Source: Methylococcaceae bacterium
GTDB taxonomy: Bacteria > Pseudomonadota > Gammaproteobacteria > Methylococcales > Methylomonadaceae
Assembly: GCA_030627205.1 (NCBI GenBank)
Contig: DAOUSN010000004.1
Span: 1,244 to 65,243 of the forward strand
Direction: 5' to 3'
DNA length: 64,000 bases
The translations under genes and the position numbers were made by a program. Position 1 is the stretch's first letter, and every line of letters starts with the position of its first letter. A model generated the notes under the pieces. It was not told the DNA's origin and did no database searches. It saw nothing but the letters and a program-made list of their open reading frames with translations. Shown piece by piece: positions 30,251-40,601 of this stretch.

Positions 30251-31228
30251 ATGAAAATTGGTTCACATACACTTAAAAATAAACTAATTCTCGCACCTAT
30301 GGCTGGTATTACTGATCTTCCTTTTAGGAATTTATGCCGTGATTATGGGGCAGGACTTGCGGTATCGGAAATGGTCTCCTCAAATCCAGACTTACGTCAG
30401 CATAAAAGAACGCTTTTGAAAGCAAGTCATAGTGGTGAAAATGGTTTATGCTCAGTGCAAATTTTTGGAACTGAGCCATTATTAATGGCAGAAGCTGCTC
30501 GTTTTAATCAACAACAGGGAGCTGATATTATTGATATAAATATGGGTTGTCCTGCAAAAAAAGTGTGTGCGGTTGCCGCAGGGTCGGCATTATTAAAAAA
30601 TGAATCTTTGGTTGCCGCTATATTAGAGTCAGTGGTTAAAGCCGTTGAAATTCCTGTAACCCTTAAAATTCGCACAGGCTGGGATGTAGAAAATCGCAAT
30701 GCCTTAAATATTGCCATACTTGCCGAAAATAGTGGTATTGCCGCTTTAACTATTCACGGACGCACTCGTGCCTGTAAATTTAATGGCACAGCTGAATATG
30801 ACACCATAAAAAAAGTAAAGCAAGCAGTTAATATTCCCATTATTGCTAATGGTGACATTGACAGCCCTGAAAAAGCAGTCTTTGTTTTAAATTATACAAA
30901 AGCTGATGCGATTATGATAGGACGTGGAGCGCAAGGACAACCTTGGATTTTCAAACAATTACAACATACTTTAGTGAAAAATGATTACTTACCGCTTAGT
31001 TTTTCTTTAAGGAGTCAAGCTATATTAATTCATATTGAGCAGTTATATCATTTTTATGGTGAAATTTCAGGTGTTAGAATAGCCCGTAAACATATTGGTT
31101 GGTATTTTAAACAATTAGGTTTTAGCCAAAAACAAACACAACTACTCTACCAGGCAACAACAGCTAAACAGCAAATAACACTGCTTAAAGACTTATTTGA
31201 TTCTTTTTTAAACGATAACCACTCATAA
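30251..31228 (+). CDS. dusB: tRNA-dihydrouridine synthase B
   Basis: 325 aa. LAPMAGITDLPFR and the Dus TIM-barrel blocks. Followed directly by fis. Confidence 0.95.
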   Translation: MKIGSHTLKNKLILAPMAGITDLPFRNLCRDYGAGLAVSEMVSSNPDLRQHKRTLLKASHSGENGLCSVQIFGTEPLLMAEAARFNQQQGADIIDINMGCPAKKVCAVAAGSALLKNESLVAAILESVVKAVEIPVTLKIRTGWDVENRNALNIAILAENSGIAALTIHGRTRACKFNGTAEYDTIKKVKQAVNIPIIANGDIDSPEKAVFVLNYTKADAIMIGRGAQGQPWIFKQLQHTLVKNDYLPLSFSLRSQAILIHIEQLYHFYGEISGVRIARKHIGWYFKQLGFSQKQTQLLYQATTAKQQITLLKDLFDSFLNDNHS

Positions 31229-31500
31229 TGAACGATTCTGAAAACAACGCTCAGACAATTCTTCATCCTCCCTTGATTCCATTGTCAGAACATGTAGAAC
31301 AGGCGGTGGAATTTTATTTTACTCAATTAAAGGGACATGATACTGCAAATCTTTATAATCTTGTTATTAGCGAGGTTGAAAAAACCTTACTAGCTACTGT
31401 ACTTAAACATGCTAATTACAATCAAACGAAAGCCACTAAAATTTTAGGTTTAAGTCGTAGTACCTTACGAAAAAAAATAGAAAAATATCAACTTTCCTAA
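31228..31500 (+). CDS. fis: DNA-binding protein Fis
   Basis: 90 aa. C-terminal HTH NQTKATKILGLSRSTLRKKI. Conserved dusB-fis arrangement. Confidence 0.93.
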   Translation: MNDSENNAQTILHPPLIPLSEHVEQAVEFYFTQLKGHDTANLYNLVISEVEKTLLATVLKHANYNQTKATKILGLSRSTLRKKIEKYQLS

Positions 31501-31524
31501 CCCCCTTTGCATCAAGAGATTAAT

Positions 31525-33084
31525 ATGAATAAAAAAATTTCCCGCGCTCTACTAAGTGTTTCTGATAAAACAGGTATTATTGAATTAGCATTAGGCTTAC
31601 AACAATTAGGTGTCGAAATTTTATCTACTGGAGGGACAGCTAAATTATTGGCAAAAAATAATATTCCTGTAATTGAGGTATCTGACTATACTGGTTTTCC
31701 TGAAATAATGGATGGTCGGGTTAAAACTTTACACCCTAAAATACATGGCGGTATTTTAGCGCGTCGAGGGATTGATGAAGGGGTCATGATTGAAAATGAT
31801 ATTCAAACTATTGATATGGTTGTAGTGAATTTATATCCATTTCAAGAAACTGTCGCTAATCCTGATTGTAATTTAGCCACCGCGATTGAAAATATTGATA
31901 TAGGTGGACCAACAATGATACGAGCGGCAGCAAAAAATAATCATGATGTTGCGGTTATAGTTAATGTTGAAGATTATTCTAAAATATTGGATGAATTAAA
32001 GACTAATGATGGGGCATTAACTCAAAGCACCCGTTTTAATTTAGCCCTTAAAAGTTTTGAACATACTGCAAATTATGATACGGCTATCGCAACCTATTTA
32101 GGTAATATTAATGAAGAACAATTCCCTGCCATTTTAAATCTACAATTTCAGCATTTACAAACCATGCGTTATGGTGAAAATCCACATCAAAATGCGGCTT
32201 TTTATAAAGAACATAACCCTGATTCTGGGACAATTAGTGCTGCTAAACAACTACAAGGGAAAGCTCTCTCTTATAATAATATTGCTGATGCCGATGCCGC
32301 CTTAGAATGTGTTAAATCATTTTCTGATAAAGCAACCTGTGTGATCGTTAAACATGCTAATCCTTGTGGTGTTGCTCAAGCTGAGACTATTTTTGATGCT
32401 TATGATTTAGCTTATACTACTGATCCAACCTCAGCATTTGGTGGGATTATTGCATTTAATCAAGAACTAGATGAAACCACTGCAACTGAAATTATTCAAC
32501 GCCAGTTCGTTGAAGTAATTATTGCACCGAGTATAAGCTGCGCGGCGCAAGTTATTTTAGAGGCGAAGAAAAATATTCGGGTTTTAGTGGTAGGAACTTT
32601 AAATAATGAACCCACACTTACCTTTGATTTTAAACGTGTTGCCGGTGGGTTATTAATTCAAGATAAAGATTTAGGTGAAATCAATGCCGATGATTTAAAG
32701 GTTGTCAGCAAACGACCTCCTTCGGTAGACGAGTTATCTGATTTATTATTTGCTTGGAAAGTAGCTAAATTTGTAAAATCCAATGCGATTGTTTATTGTA
32801 AAAATAGTCAAACTATTGGTGTCGGTGCAGGTCAAATGAGTCGGATTTATTCAGCTAAAATTGCAGGTATAAAAGCTGCAGACGAAAATTTAAAAGTTGA
32901 AGGTTCAGTGATGGCTTCCGATGCTTTTTTTCCATTCAGAGATGGGATAGATTCTGCGGCAAGTGCAGGAATTACGGCGATTATTCAACCGGGAGGTTCA
33001 ATACGTGATGATGAAGTTATTGCCGCAGCGGATGAAAGCAACATGGCGATGGTATTTACAGGAATGCGTCATTTTAGACATTAA
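31525..33084 (+). CDS. purH: Bifunctional AICAR transformylase / IMP cyclohydrolase
   Basis: [11 protein letters not shown] near the N-terminus and a GMRHFRH C-terminus. I prefer the ATG at 31525 over the track TTG at 31507. Confidence 0.96.
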   Translation: MNKKISRALLSVSDKTGIIELALGLQQLGVEILSTGGTAKLLAKNNIPVIEVSDYTGFPEIMDGRVKTLHPKIHGGILARRGIDEGVMIENDIQTIDMVVVNLYPFQETVANPDCNLATAIENIDIGGPTMIRAAAKNNHDVAVIVNVEDYSKILDELKTNDGALTQSTRFNLALKSFEHTANYDTAIATYLGNINEEQFPAILNLQFQHLQTMRYGENPHQNAAFYKEHNPDSGTISAAKQLQGKALSYNNIADADAALECVKSFSDKATCVIVKHANPCGVAQAETIFDAYDLAYTTDPTSAFGGIIAFNQELDETTATEIIQRQFVEVIIAPSISCAAQVILEAKKNIRVLVVGTLNNEPTLTFDFKRVAGGLLIQDKDLGEINADDLKVVSKRPPSVDELSDLLFAWKVAKFVKSNAIVYCKNSQTIGVGAGQMSRIYSAKIAGIKAADENLKVEGSVMASDAFFPFRDGIDSAASAGITAIIQPGGSIRDDEVIAAADESNMAMVFTGMRHFRH

Positions 33085-33221
33085 GTTAAAAAAAATAATT
33101 ATAAGTTAAAAAAAGATTTGTAGGGTGAGTTAGCAGATCTAGATAAGATAACCTACCCTACAGTCTATTATCGTTCTAAATATTTATATAGGAATGATAA
33201 TTCTTTTGATTTTTTAAATCA

Positions 33222-33560
33222 TTAAGCTAAGGGAGCAATTATTTTTTTCCCACCCAATAAATGTAGATGCAAGTGGTAAACCTCTTGTCCTCCATCTGAA
33301 TTACAATTAATTATAGTTCTATAACCTGATTCAGAAATATTTTCTTGTATTGCTAATTGTACTACAGTTTTTAATAATAATCCCGCAAGATTAGTATTAT
33401 CCAGCTCATTTAGTGTGGTAATATGCAGTTTAGGAATAACTAAAATATGCACAGGTGCTTTAGGATTAATATCCCTAAAAGCTAAAATCTTGTCATCTTC
33501 ATAAACAACATCTGGGTTAATTTCTCCGTTTGCCATTTTACAAAATAAACAATCACTCAT
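33222..33560 (-). CDS. HIT family (HinT-like) nucleotide hydrolase
   Basis: 112 aa with the histidine triad HLHLHLLGG. Confidence 0.9.
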   Translation of the reverse strand: MSDCLFCKMANGEINPDVVYEDDKILAFRDINPKAPVHILVIPKLHITTLNELDNTNLAGLLLKTVVQLAIQENISESGYRTIINCNSDGGQEVYHLHLHLLGGKKIIAPLA

Positions 33561-33572
33561 TATTTTTCTCCT

Positions 33573-33896
33573 TTAAAAAGGCATTTTAAAACCTGGAGGA
33601 ATAGGAATACCTCCAGTAACATCTGCCATTTTTTCTTTTTTCAAACGATTGACTTTGCGTACCGCATCATTCATTGCTGAGGCGACTAAATCTTCTAACA
33701 TATCTTGATCATCTTCAACTAATGACTTATCAATGGTTACTTTTCTAACTTCACGTTTACCTGTCATTATAACCTTCACTAGACCAGCGCCAGATTCACC
33801 TGTAATTTCTATGGTTTCAATTTCTTCTTGAATTTTTCTTACACCTTCCTGCATTTTTTGGGCTTGCTGCATAATATCACTTAGCGAATTTTTCAT
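33573..33896 (-). CDS. ybaB: Nucleoid-associated protein YbaB/EbfC
   Basis: 107 aa. Typical YbaB length and sequence, immediately downstream of dnaX. Confidence 0.92.
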   Translation of the reverse strand: MKNSLSDIMQQAQKMQEGVRKIQEEIETIEITGESGAGLVKVIMTGKREVRKVTIDKSLVEDDQDMLEDLVASAMNDAVRKVNRLKKEKMADVTGGIPIPPGFKMPF

Positions 33897-35572
33897 TACG
33901 GTTCTCCATTATTAAAAGTATTCTGGGATTCTATAGGTAGGGTTGTTCCTGACATTACCCTTGCGTCAAAATGTTCTTTTAGCGCGTAAACATTAGCATC
34001 ACTATTAATCGAATTAACGGCTGCCTGCTGTTGGTCTTTACGTTCTTGTTGTTGTTGTATAGCTGGAGTACTAAGATTACTTGATTGCTTGGTGCTAATA
34101 TGTAATTGTAATGGTTTTTGATAATAATTTTGCAAAGCAGCTTCTAATTTTTCTTTGGATTTAGTTCCTATTAAAGCGTAATTAGGGGCTTTTTCTAAAT
34201 AACAAAATTTCTCATCACTTTTTATTAAAAGACAATTATCAGCAAGCTCTCTTGTCCTTCCTTTTAGACCCATTGCTTGAATCATTGCCGCCCAATCATT
34301 GTTAACAGAATAATTTGCTTGAGTAGGCTCTGAATTAAGCGGTATTTTAGGGGTAACTACAATAGCATCTATTGGCGTAGAAATTACAGATGGTGTTTTT
34401 TCTGTTAGCTGCTGTTGAACCACGGGGACTGAACTCTGTGGTGTTATAGGTTTAGTCTCTATTAACTTAACTACTCTTTGGTTAGTAACACTAACAGGTC
34501 TAAAAGTAAGCATTCTTAACATTAACATTTCAAATCCCATCCGTGCATCAGGTGCTAACTCTAAATCTTTTTGTCCTGTTAAGGAAATTTGATAATAAAG
34601 TTGAACATCTTCTGGACTAATGAGTGTAGCTAATTCTGTCAGCATTTTCTTATCAAATGCTTGGTCATTAAATTTAGGAATCGCCTGTAATAAAGCAATT
34701 CGGTGTAACATTTTTAATAATTGTTGTAATACATCACTAAAATCTACACTTAATGCCGAAATTTCAGTTATTTTTTCCAAAATAGCTTGGCCATTTGCTG
34801 CCACTAAAGCCCGTAATAATTCATCAACAGGTTGTTGAGAAACAGTTCCTAACATTGTACTAACATCAAGTGTATTAACGCGTCCTTGTCCAAAAACTAT
34901 CGCTTGATCTAATATACTTAAACCATCGCGCATACTACCATCTGCCGCCCTAGCGATTAAACTTAAGGCAGAGACATCAAATTCAATCTGTTCTTGCTTG
35001 AGAATAAAACCCATTTGCTGTTCTATTTGTTCTGGCAATAATTGTTTAAGATTAAATTGTAAACAACGAGACAGTACAGTAACAGGAATTTTTTGAGGAT
35101 CAGTGGTTGCTAATAAAAATTTAACATGTGGTGGAGGTTCTTCTAAAGTTTTTAATAATGCGTTAAAACTATGATTAGAAAGCATGTGAACTTCATCAAT
35201 CAAATAAACTTTATAACGACCTTGATTCGGTGCATATTGTGCATTATCCAATAAATCACGAGTATCTTCGACTTTAGTGCGGGAAGCAGCATCTACTTCA
35301 ATCAAATCCATGAAACGACCTTTATCAAAATCATTACAAACGGTACATTGACCACAAGGATTAGAATTCTGGAGATTTTCACAGTTCATCGCTTTTGCTA
35401 AGATTCGCGCAATAGTGGTTTTTCCAACCCCTCGTGTGCCTGTAAACAAATAAGCATGATGTAAACGCTGATGTTGTAGCGCATTAATGAGCGATTGACT
35501 CACATGTTCTTGACCAACAATTTCATTAAAATTTTGTGGTCGCCATTTTCTAGCAAGAACTTGATAAGCCAT
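33896..35572 (-). CDS. dnaX: DNA polymerase III subunit tau/gamma
   Basis: 558 aa. Walker [10 protein letters not shown] and Zn module [16 protein letters not shown]. Conserved ffs-dnaX-ybaB context. Confidence 0.95.
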   Translation of the reverse strand: MAYQVLARKWRPQNFNEIVGQEHVSQSLINALQHQRLHHAYLFTGTRGVGKTTIARILAKAMNCENLQNSNPCGQCTVCNDFDKGRFMDLIEVDAASRTKVEDTRDLLDNAQYAPNQGRYKVYLIDEVHMLSNHSFNALLKTLEEPPPHVKFLLATTDPQKIPVTVLSRCLQFNLKQLLPEQIEQQMGFILKQEQIEFDVSALSLIARAADGSMRDGLSILDQAIVFGQGRVNTLDVSTMLGTVSQQPVDELLRALVAANGQAILEKITEISALSVDFSDVLQQLLKMLHRIALLQAIPKFNDQAFDKKMLTELATLISPEDVQLYYQISLTGQKDLELAPDARMGFEMLMLRMLTFRPVSVTNQRVVKLIETKPITPQSSVPVVQQQLTEKTPSVISTPIDAIVVTPKIPLNSEPTQANYSVNNDWAAMIQAMGLKGRTRELADNCLLIKSDEKFCYLEKAPNYALIGTKSKEKLEAALQNYYQKPLQLHISTKQSSNLSTPAIQQQQERKDQQQAAVNSINSDANVYALKEHFDARVMSGTTLPIESQNTFNNGEP

Positions 35573-35602
35573 AAGAGACTCTGCGGAAATGATAAGCTAT
35601 TA

Positions 35603-35715
35603 GGCGGAAACCATGCCAGCTACATCTCGGCACACGAATCTGCTGCTACCGTTGCTTCCTTCCAGATCTGGCGGAGTTTACAGCGTATCGTTGCGAGAGA
35701 ACCGACACAGTTACC
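35603..35715 (-). ncRNA. ffs: Signal recognition particle RNA (4.5S RNA)
   Basis: The reverse complement aligns by eye with E. coli 4.5S RNA: GGTTCTCTCGCAACG...CCAGATCTGGAAGGAAGCA...GTGTGCCGAGATGTAGCTGGCA. A terminal helix AACTGTGTC/GGCATGGTT is possible. Ends are approximate (a few nt). Confidence 0.85.
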
Positions 35716-35913
35716 ATAATGTTTTCAACAGTGTTTCGTTGAAAGAGTTGATTATGATATATGATTTAAATATTTTATTCAAGTTAAAATAATCAAATCT
35801 ACTTTAATTTATGAAACTTGATTGTTTTACTTAATTTTCGTCAACACTAAACTTTATAAACGTTTATCATAATAAAACTTTTAAAATTTTCAACTAAACC
35901 CTTTTAGAAATTA

Positions 35914-36843
35914 ATGCCTGTGAATATCTTCCACTTAGAACATAACAAAGATTACCATAACAGCGATGCAAGTCGAAATAATGACTCGTCAACGAATAAT
36001 TTATTAAAAGATACCATCGAATATTATGAAGCCTGCCATAATGATTATTTATTCGCTTGGTGTAATAGTGATAATTTAGCCTTACATTATGGCTATTGGG
36101 ATAGCCAGAAAAAATATAACCATCATCAAGCTTTATTAAATACTAATCGGAAATTATATAAAGCCGCTGAGATTAAATCTACCGAGCATGTATTAGATGC
36201 GGGTTGCGGTTTAGGAGGCAGTTCGTTATGGATGGCTGGAGAACATAATAACAAAGTCACTGGCATTACCTTAAGTAATAAACAAGCCGCTTATGCCAAT
36301 AAAAAATCTAAAAATCGTCAATTAGATGATTTAGCTCATTTTGAAGTCGCTGATTTTTGCAATACTCCTTTTGATGATGAATCCTTTGATGTGGTTTGGG
36401 CTTTAGAGAGTGCTTGTTATGCTTTAAATAAAGGAGATTTTATTAATGAAGCCTATCGGGTCTTAAAAAAAGGCGGTCGCTTGGCTTTGTGCGATGCTTT
36501 TATGTTACGCCGTGAATTTAATGCCAAAGAATGGCAAACCGTTATGCAGTTTTTAAACGGTTGGATGGTGCCTAATTTATCCGATCGTGAAGATTTTACC
36601 CAATTATTAGATAACGCTGGATTTGAAAAATCACAAATTATTGATATTAGCCAGCAAGTATTACCTTCATCAGTTCACATGTTTAAAACCGCAACTCGTT
36701 TAGCTCCTCTGCAAAAAATTAGCAAATGGCTAGGCTTGCGGACACAAACTCAATCTGATAATTATCAAGTGGGTTTTGCACAATATGACTTTTTTCATCA
36801 CCAAATGGCTGAGTATTGTATTTTTACCGCAATTAAAAACTAA
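35914..36843 (+). CDS. Class I SAM-dependent methyltransferase
   Basis: 309 aa. Motif I VLDAGCGLGGSS and post-I/II blocks (FDVVWALES, LKKGGRLAL). Substrate unknown. Confidence 0.75.
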   Translation: MPVNIFHLEHNKDYHNSDASRNNDSSTNNLLKDTIEYYEACHNDYLFAWCNSDNLALHYGYWDSQKKYNHHQALLNTNRKLYKAAEIKSTEHVLDAGCGLGGSSLWMAGEHNNKVTGITLSNKQAAYANKKSKNRQLDDLAHFEVADFCNTPFDDESFDVVWALESACYALNKGDFINEAYRVLKKGGRLALCDAFMLRREFNAKEWQTVMQFLNGWMVPNLSDREDFTQLLDNAGFEKSQIIDISQQVLPSSVHMFKTATRLAPLQKISKWLGLRTQTQSDNYQVGFAQYDFFHHQMAEYCIFTAIKN

Positions 36844-37646
36844 TAAAACCGCTTCGCATCATTAGGTAATTTTTCAAAAATAGGATGTGGTTCTATTCCA
36901 TACTGTTTAGGGTAATAAACCCCCGCTAAATATAATCCATAAGGAGGGGCGGTAACGCCCCCTAATTTACGGTCTTTAATCGCTAATAATTGCTGAGTCC
37001 ATTCAATGGGTTTTTTACCCATTCCAATTTCCATTAATACCCCTGCAATATTTCTAACCATGTGATGTAAAAATGCATTGGCTGATAAATCTATAATAAT
37101 TTGGTCATGCTCGCGGTAAACATCAATAAAATACATCATTCGTTGAGGGCTTTTAGATTGGCAACCTTGGGCGCGAAAAGATGAAAAATCATGATTACCT
37201 ATCAGGAAATTGGCTGCGAGCTGCATTTTTTCAACCTTCAAAGGGTTATAACACCATGTCACTTGTTGGCGTAATAGTGCAGATTTCATCGGGCGATTTA
37301 AAATAATATAACGATAAAATCGCGCAATAGCACTATAGCGAACATGAAAGTCATCAATCGCATTTTTAACCCAAATAATTCGGACATCGTTAGGTAAAAA
37401 ACAATTTCCCCCTAACATCCATGAATCTAAATCACGAGGGGTATCGGTATCAAAATGTATGACTTGCTCTAAAGCATGAACGCCTGAATCAGTACGCCCC
37501 GTACAAAAAACACGAAGGGTTTGATTTGCAACCTTCGATAAAGCTTGCTCCACTACTTTTTGTACGGTACGTTTATCGGTTTGCCATTGCCAACCTTTAA
37601 AATTACTGCCATCATATTCAATGCCTAAAACAATTCTTTTCATCAT
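36840..37646 (-). CDS. truA: tRNA pseudouridine(38-40) synthase
   Basis: 268 aa. YDGSNFKGWQ and the catalytic GRTDSGVHA motif. Confidence 0.95.
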   Translation of the reverse strand: MMKRIVLGIEYDGSNFKGWQWQTDKRTVQKVVEQALSKVANQTLRVFCTGRTDSGVHALEQVIHFDTDTPRDLDSWMLGGNCFLPNDVRIIWVKNAIDDFHVRYSAIARFYRYIILNRPMKSALLRQQVTWCYNPLKVEKMQLAANFLIGNHDFSSFRAQGCQSKSPQRMMYFIDVYREHDQIIIDLSANAFLHHMVRNIAGVLMEIGMGKKPIEWTQQLLAIKDRKLGGVTAPPYGLYLAGVYYPKQYGIEPHPIFEKLPNDAKRFY

Positions 37647-37659
37647 TAAATTCTAGTTA

Positions 37660-38349
37660 TTAAGAACATTTACTGTCCCCACAATTAAGACAGGTCATAC
37701 AGCCATCCATCATCACTAAGGCTTTAGTAGAGCATTTACTACATAACGCTGCTCGTGCAGGAAAACTTCCCTCAGTGTCATTAATGGTAGCGGTATCATT
37801 ATTATATCGCGCTTCAAATTCCTTACGTTTATCGACTAAAAATTGTTGATGATGCTCATCAAGTTCTTCTTCTTTTAACATGCCAATTTGTTTCATGTGT
37901 GATTCAATGGCAGCGCCAATTTCTGCAACGAGTGAAGGCATATAAACTCCCCCTTTTTTAAAATACCCCCCTTTAGGGTCAAAAACAGCTTTAAGTTCTT
38001 CAACTAGAAAACAAATATCGCCTCCTTTACGAAAACAGGCAGAAATCACACGCGTTAAAGCTAAAACCCATTGAAAATGCTCCATATTTTTAGAATTAAT
38101 AAAAACTTCATAAGGTCGGCGTTCTTCATGATCGGTCGCTTGATTAAGAATAATATCATTAATGGTTATATAAAGTGCATGTTCTGATTGCGGCGTTTTT
38201 ATTTTATAGGTCGACCCCACTAACATTTCAGGTCGCTCTGTGGCTTCATGTAAAATATCAGGTTCTACTTTTTTAGGTATATCTTCCTCTTCAGGGATTT
38301 CATTGATGACTTTGTAGTCAATAATTTTCTTATCTATTTTTGTGGCCAT
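37660..38349 (-). CDS. nrdJb: NrdJb-like protein (C-terminal fragment-type subunit of split class II, B12-dependent ribonucleotide reductase)
   Basis: 229 aa. GSTYKIKTP, YEVFINSKNMEHFQW, FDPKGGYFKKGG and the C-terminal Cys cluster CSKCS...DGCMTCLNCGDSKC resemble the C-terminal part of class II RNR and Pseudomonas NrdJb, from memory. Confidence 0.7.
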   Translation of the reverse strand: MATKIDKKIIDYKVINEIPEEEDIPKKVEPDILHEATERPEMLVGSTYKIKTPQSEHALYITINDIILNQATDHEERRPYEVFINSKNMEHFQWVLALTRVISACFRKGGDICFLVEELKAVFDPKGGYFKKGGVYMPSLVAEIGAAIESHMKQIGMLKEEELDEHHQQFLVDKRKEFEARYNNDTATINDTEGSFPARAALCSKCSTKALVMMDGCMTCLNCGDSKCS

Positions 38350-38378
38350 TGTTTATCCTATTATTATTTTTGAATCAT

Positions 38379-38410
38379 AAAAAAAGCGGATTGATTAAAT
38401 CCGCTTTTTT
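38379..38410 (-). terminator. Bidirectional intrinsic terminator after petC
   Basis: A-run, GCGGAT-tgattaa-ATCCGC, then T6. Gives a U-tract in both orientations. Confidence 0.8.
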
Positions 38411-38479
38411 CAAGACCAATTTTTAAATCCTACCTTTTGTAGGGTATAAAGCATAGAGTACCACTACAAAGGATTGAAA

Positions 38480-39199
38480 CTAGTGTATATCTTTCCAATA
38501 TTCACGTTTTAATAAGTAACCAATAACAATGAACATTAATAGAAAAAACAATACATATTTTCCTATACTTTGACGTTCTAATTGAGTCGGTTCACCTACA
38601 TAAACAAGAAAATTAGTTAGATCATTAGCAAAACGGTCAAACTCCTTAGATGATAAAGTACCTTGAGTTTCCATGACTAAGTTACTAATCACTTCACGTC
38701 CATTAATAGTTTTATAAATAGGTTTTTGTATTCCTTGCAATTTCCATAAAACATTAGGCATTCCTACATCTTCAAAGATCAAGTTGTTAGTTCCGATGGC
38801 TCGACTATCATCTTTATAAAAACTTTTTAAATAACTATAAATCCAATCAGCACCACGAGAACGGGCAATCAATGATAAATCAGGAGGCTGTGTGCCAAAC
38901 CATTTTGCGGCATCATGTCCATTCATAGCCGTCAACATAGGATCGTAAATTCCAGCTTCAAAGGGAGCAATATTATCTAGAATTTTATTTTCTTCTACCC
39001 CTAAATCCATTGCAATACGTTTATAACGAATATATTTAGCTGAGTGACAGCCTAAACAATAATCCACATAATTTTTAGCGCCACGCAATAAAGAATCACT
39101 ATCGGAAACATCAACATCTGCCTCATGTAATTCAGCCCCTGTACTGGCAAAAATATTAAAAGACAGTAGTAGTAAAATAAGAGAGAGAATTTTTTTCAT
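38480..39199 (-). CDS. petC: Cytochrome c1 of the bc1 complex
   Basis: 239 aa with a signal peptide, CLGCHS haem-binding motif and a C-terminal TM anchor. Confidence 0.88.
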   Translation of the reverse strand: MKKILSLILLLLSFNIFASTGAELHEADVDVSDSDSLLRGAKNYVDYCLGCHSAKYIRYKRIAMDLGVEENKILDNIAPFEAGIYDPMLTAMNGHDAAKWFGTQPPDLSLIARSRGADWIYSYLKSFYKDDSRAIGTNNLIFEDVGMPNVLWKLQGIQKPIYKTINGREVISNLVMETQGTLSSKEFDRFANDLTNFLVYVGEPTQLERQSIGKYVLFFLLMFIVIGYLLKREYWKDIH

Positions 39200-39203
39200 A
39201 ATT

Positions 39204-40601
39204 TTAATCCAAACTAGCTTTTAATTTTTTCAAAAATCGAATCAATACTGTGACTATCCCTGATGGGTTTGGTCTTAATTTAATAACAGTATCACCTTCT
39301 GCGGTTGTTATAGATTTTTTTACAGTAACCTCATTAAAGGTATCAACGATTGCAGGAATTCGTTCTTCCAATGATGGTTGTTCGGTTAATCGCGTTGGGA
39401 CAGGTTTTACTTTCTCCCAGCGTGTATAAATCGGCATTAATAAAAAGAAGGCAAAATAAATGACGGTAAAAATGCGGGTCATTAAAATAGCGGTATCTGT
39501 TGCTGGTTGAGTGCCTAAATAACCTAGGGATAAAAAGCTTACTACAAATAAAAATAAGGCTTTTTTATAAATTCCACCGCGATAACGAATCGACTTAACA
39601 GGACTACGATCCAACCAGGGTAATAAACATAAAACAAAAACTGACGCACCCATCGCAATAACTCCTGCGAATTTATCTGGGACAGCCCGTAATATTGCAT
39701 AATAAGGAGTGAAATACCAAACAGGAGCAATATGTTCTGGCGTTTTTAAAGGGTCTGCGGGAACAAAATTATCATGTTCTAAAAAATATCCTCCCATATC
39801 AGGTGCGTAAAAAATAATTGCTGCAAAAAAGAATAAGAAAACGCCTACTCCCACTATATCCTTGACCGAATAGTAAGGATGAAATGGAATACCATCTAAA
39901 GGAATGCCTTGTTTATCTTTATTTGCTTTAATTTCAATGCCATCAGGATTATTAGACCCGACTTCATGTAACGCTACAATATGTAAAAAAACTAACAGTA
40001 AAATGACTAATGGAACTGCAATCACATGAAAAGCAAAAAAGCGATTTAAGGTTGCGTCTGCAATAACAAAATCTCCACGAATCCATAATGATAAATCATC
40101 GCCAATAATAGGAATTGCACTAAATAATGAAATAATAACCTGCGCCCCCCAATAAGACATTTGCCCCCAAGGTAATAAATACCCTGTAAAAGCTTCTGCC
40201 ATCAATGCGAAGAAGATTAACATTCCAAAAATCCAGATTAATTCGCGTGGCTGTTTAAATGAGCCATACATTATGCCTCTGAACATGTGTAAATAAACCA
40301 CAATAAAAAATGCAGATGCCCCTGTTGAGTGCATGTAACGAATTAACCAGCCCCAAGGAACATCACGCATGATGTATTCAACTGAATCAAACGCTAATTT
40401 AGCATCAGGTTTGTAATTCATGGTGAGGAAAATACCCGTTACAATCTGATTAACTAAAACCAATAAGGCGAGTGATCCAAAAAAATACCAAAAATTAAAG
40501 TTTTTGGGCGCGTAGTATTGCGCCATGTGCTGATTCCAGACCTTATCCATCGCTAAACGATCTAAAATCCAGTCACCACAAGCAGTTATTTGTTTTTTCA
40601 T
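39204..40601 (-). CDS. petB: Cytochrome b of the bc1 complex (with an unusual ~60-aa C-terminal tail)
   Basis: 465 aa. Conserved cytochrome b helices and haem His positions, and a PEWYF-like block (APVWYFTPYY). Confidence 0.94.
   Translation of the reverse strand: MKKQITACGDWILDRLAMDKVWNQHMAQYYAPKNFNFWYFFGSLALLVLVNQIVTGIFLTMNYKPDAKLAFDSVEYIMRDVPWGWLIRYMHSTGASAFFIVVYLHMFRGIMYGSFKQPRELIWIFGMLIFFALMAEAFTGYLLPWGQMSYWGAQVIISLFSAIPIIGDDLSLWIRGDFVIADATLNRFFAFHVIAVPLVILLLVFLHIVALHEVGSNNPDGIEIKANKDKQGIPLDGIPFHPYYSVKDIVGVGVFLFFFAAIIFYAPDMGGYFLEHDNFVPADPLKTPEHIAPVWYFTPYYAILRAVPDKFAGVIAMGASVFVLCLLPWLDRSPVKSIRYRGGIYKKALFLFVVSFLSLGYLGTQPATDTAILMTRIFTVIYFAFFLLMPIYTRWEKVKPVPTRLTEQPSLEERIPAIVDTFNEVTVKKSITTAEGDTVIKLRPNPSGIVTVLIRFLKKLKASLD

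Noticed and set aside
33119-33162. Hairpin TGTAGGGT...ACCCTACA after purH shares the 9-mer TTGTAGGGT with an imperfect hairpin after petC (38426..38475); possible REP-like repeat family
   Set aside because: I found only two copies in the window and the shared core is short, so a chance match is plausible. A genome-wide count is needed before calling a repeat family.
34390-34407. A-run (GAA AAA ACA) in dnaX as a possible tau/gamma programmed -1 frameshift site
   Set aside because: In the dnaX frame the run reads GAA-AAA-ACA. This does not form an X XXY YYZ slippery heptamer like the E. coli A AAA AAG, and I saw no convincing downstream stem-loop.
35495-35719. 74-aa plus-strand ORF between dnaX and the methyltransferase gene
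   Set aside because: It lies antisense over the dnaX 5' end and the 4.5S (SRP) RNA gene. The RNA homology explains the conservation, and the ORF has no RBS or recognisable motif.
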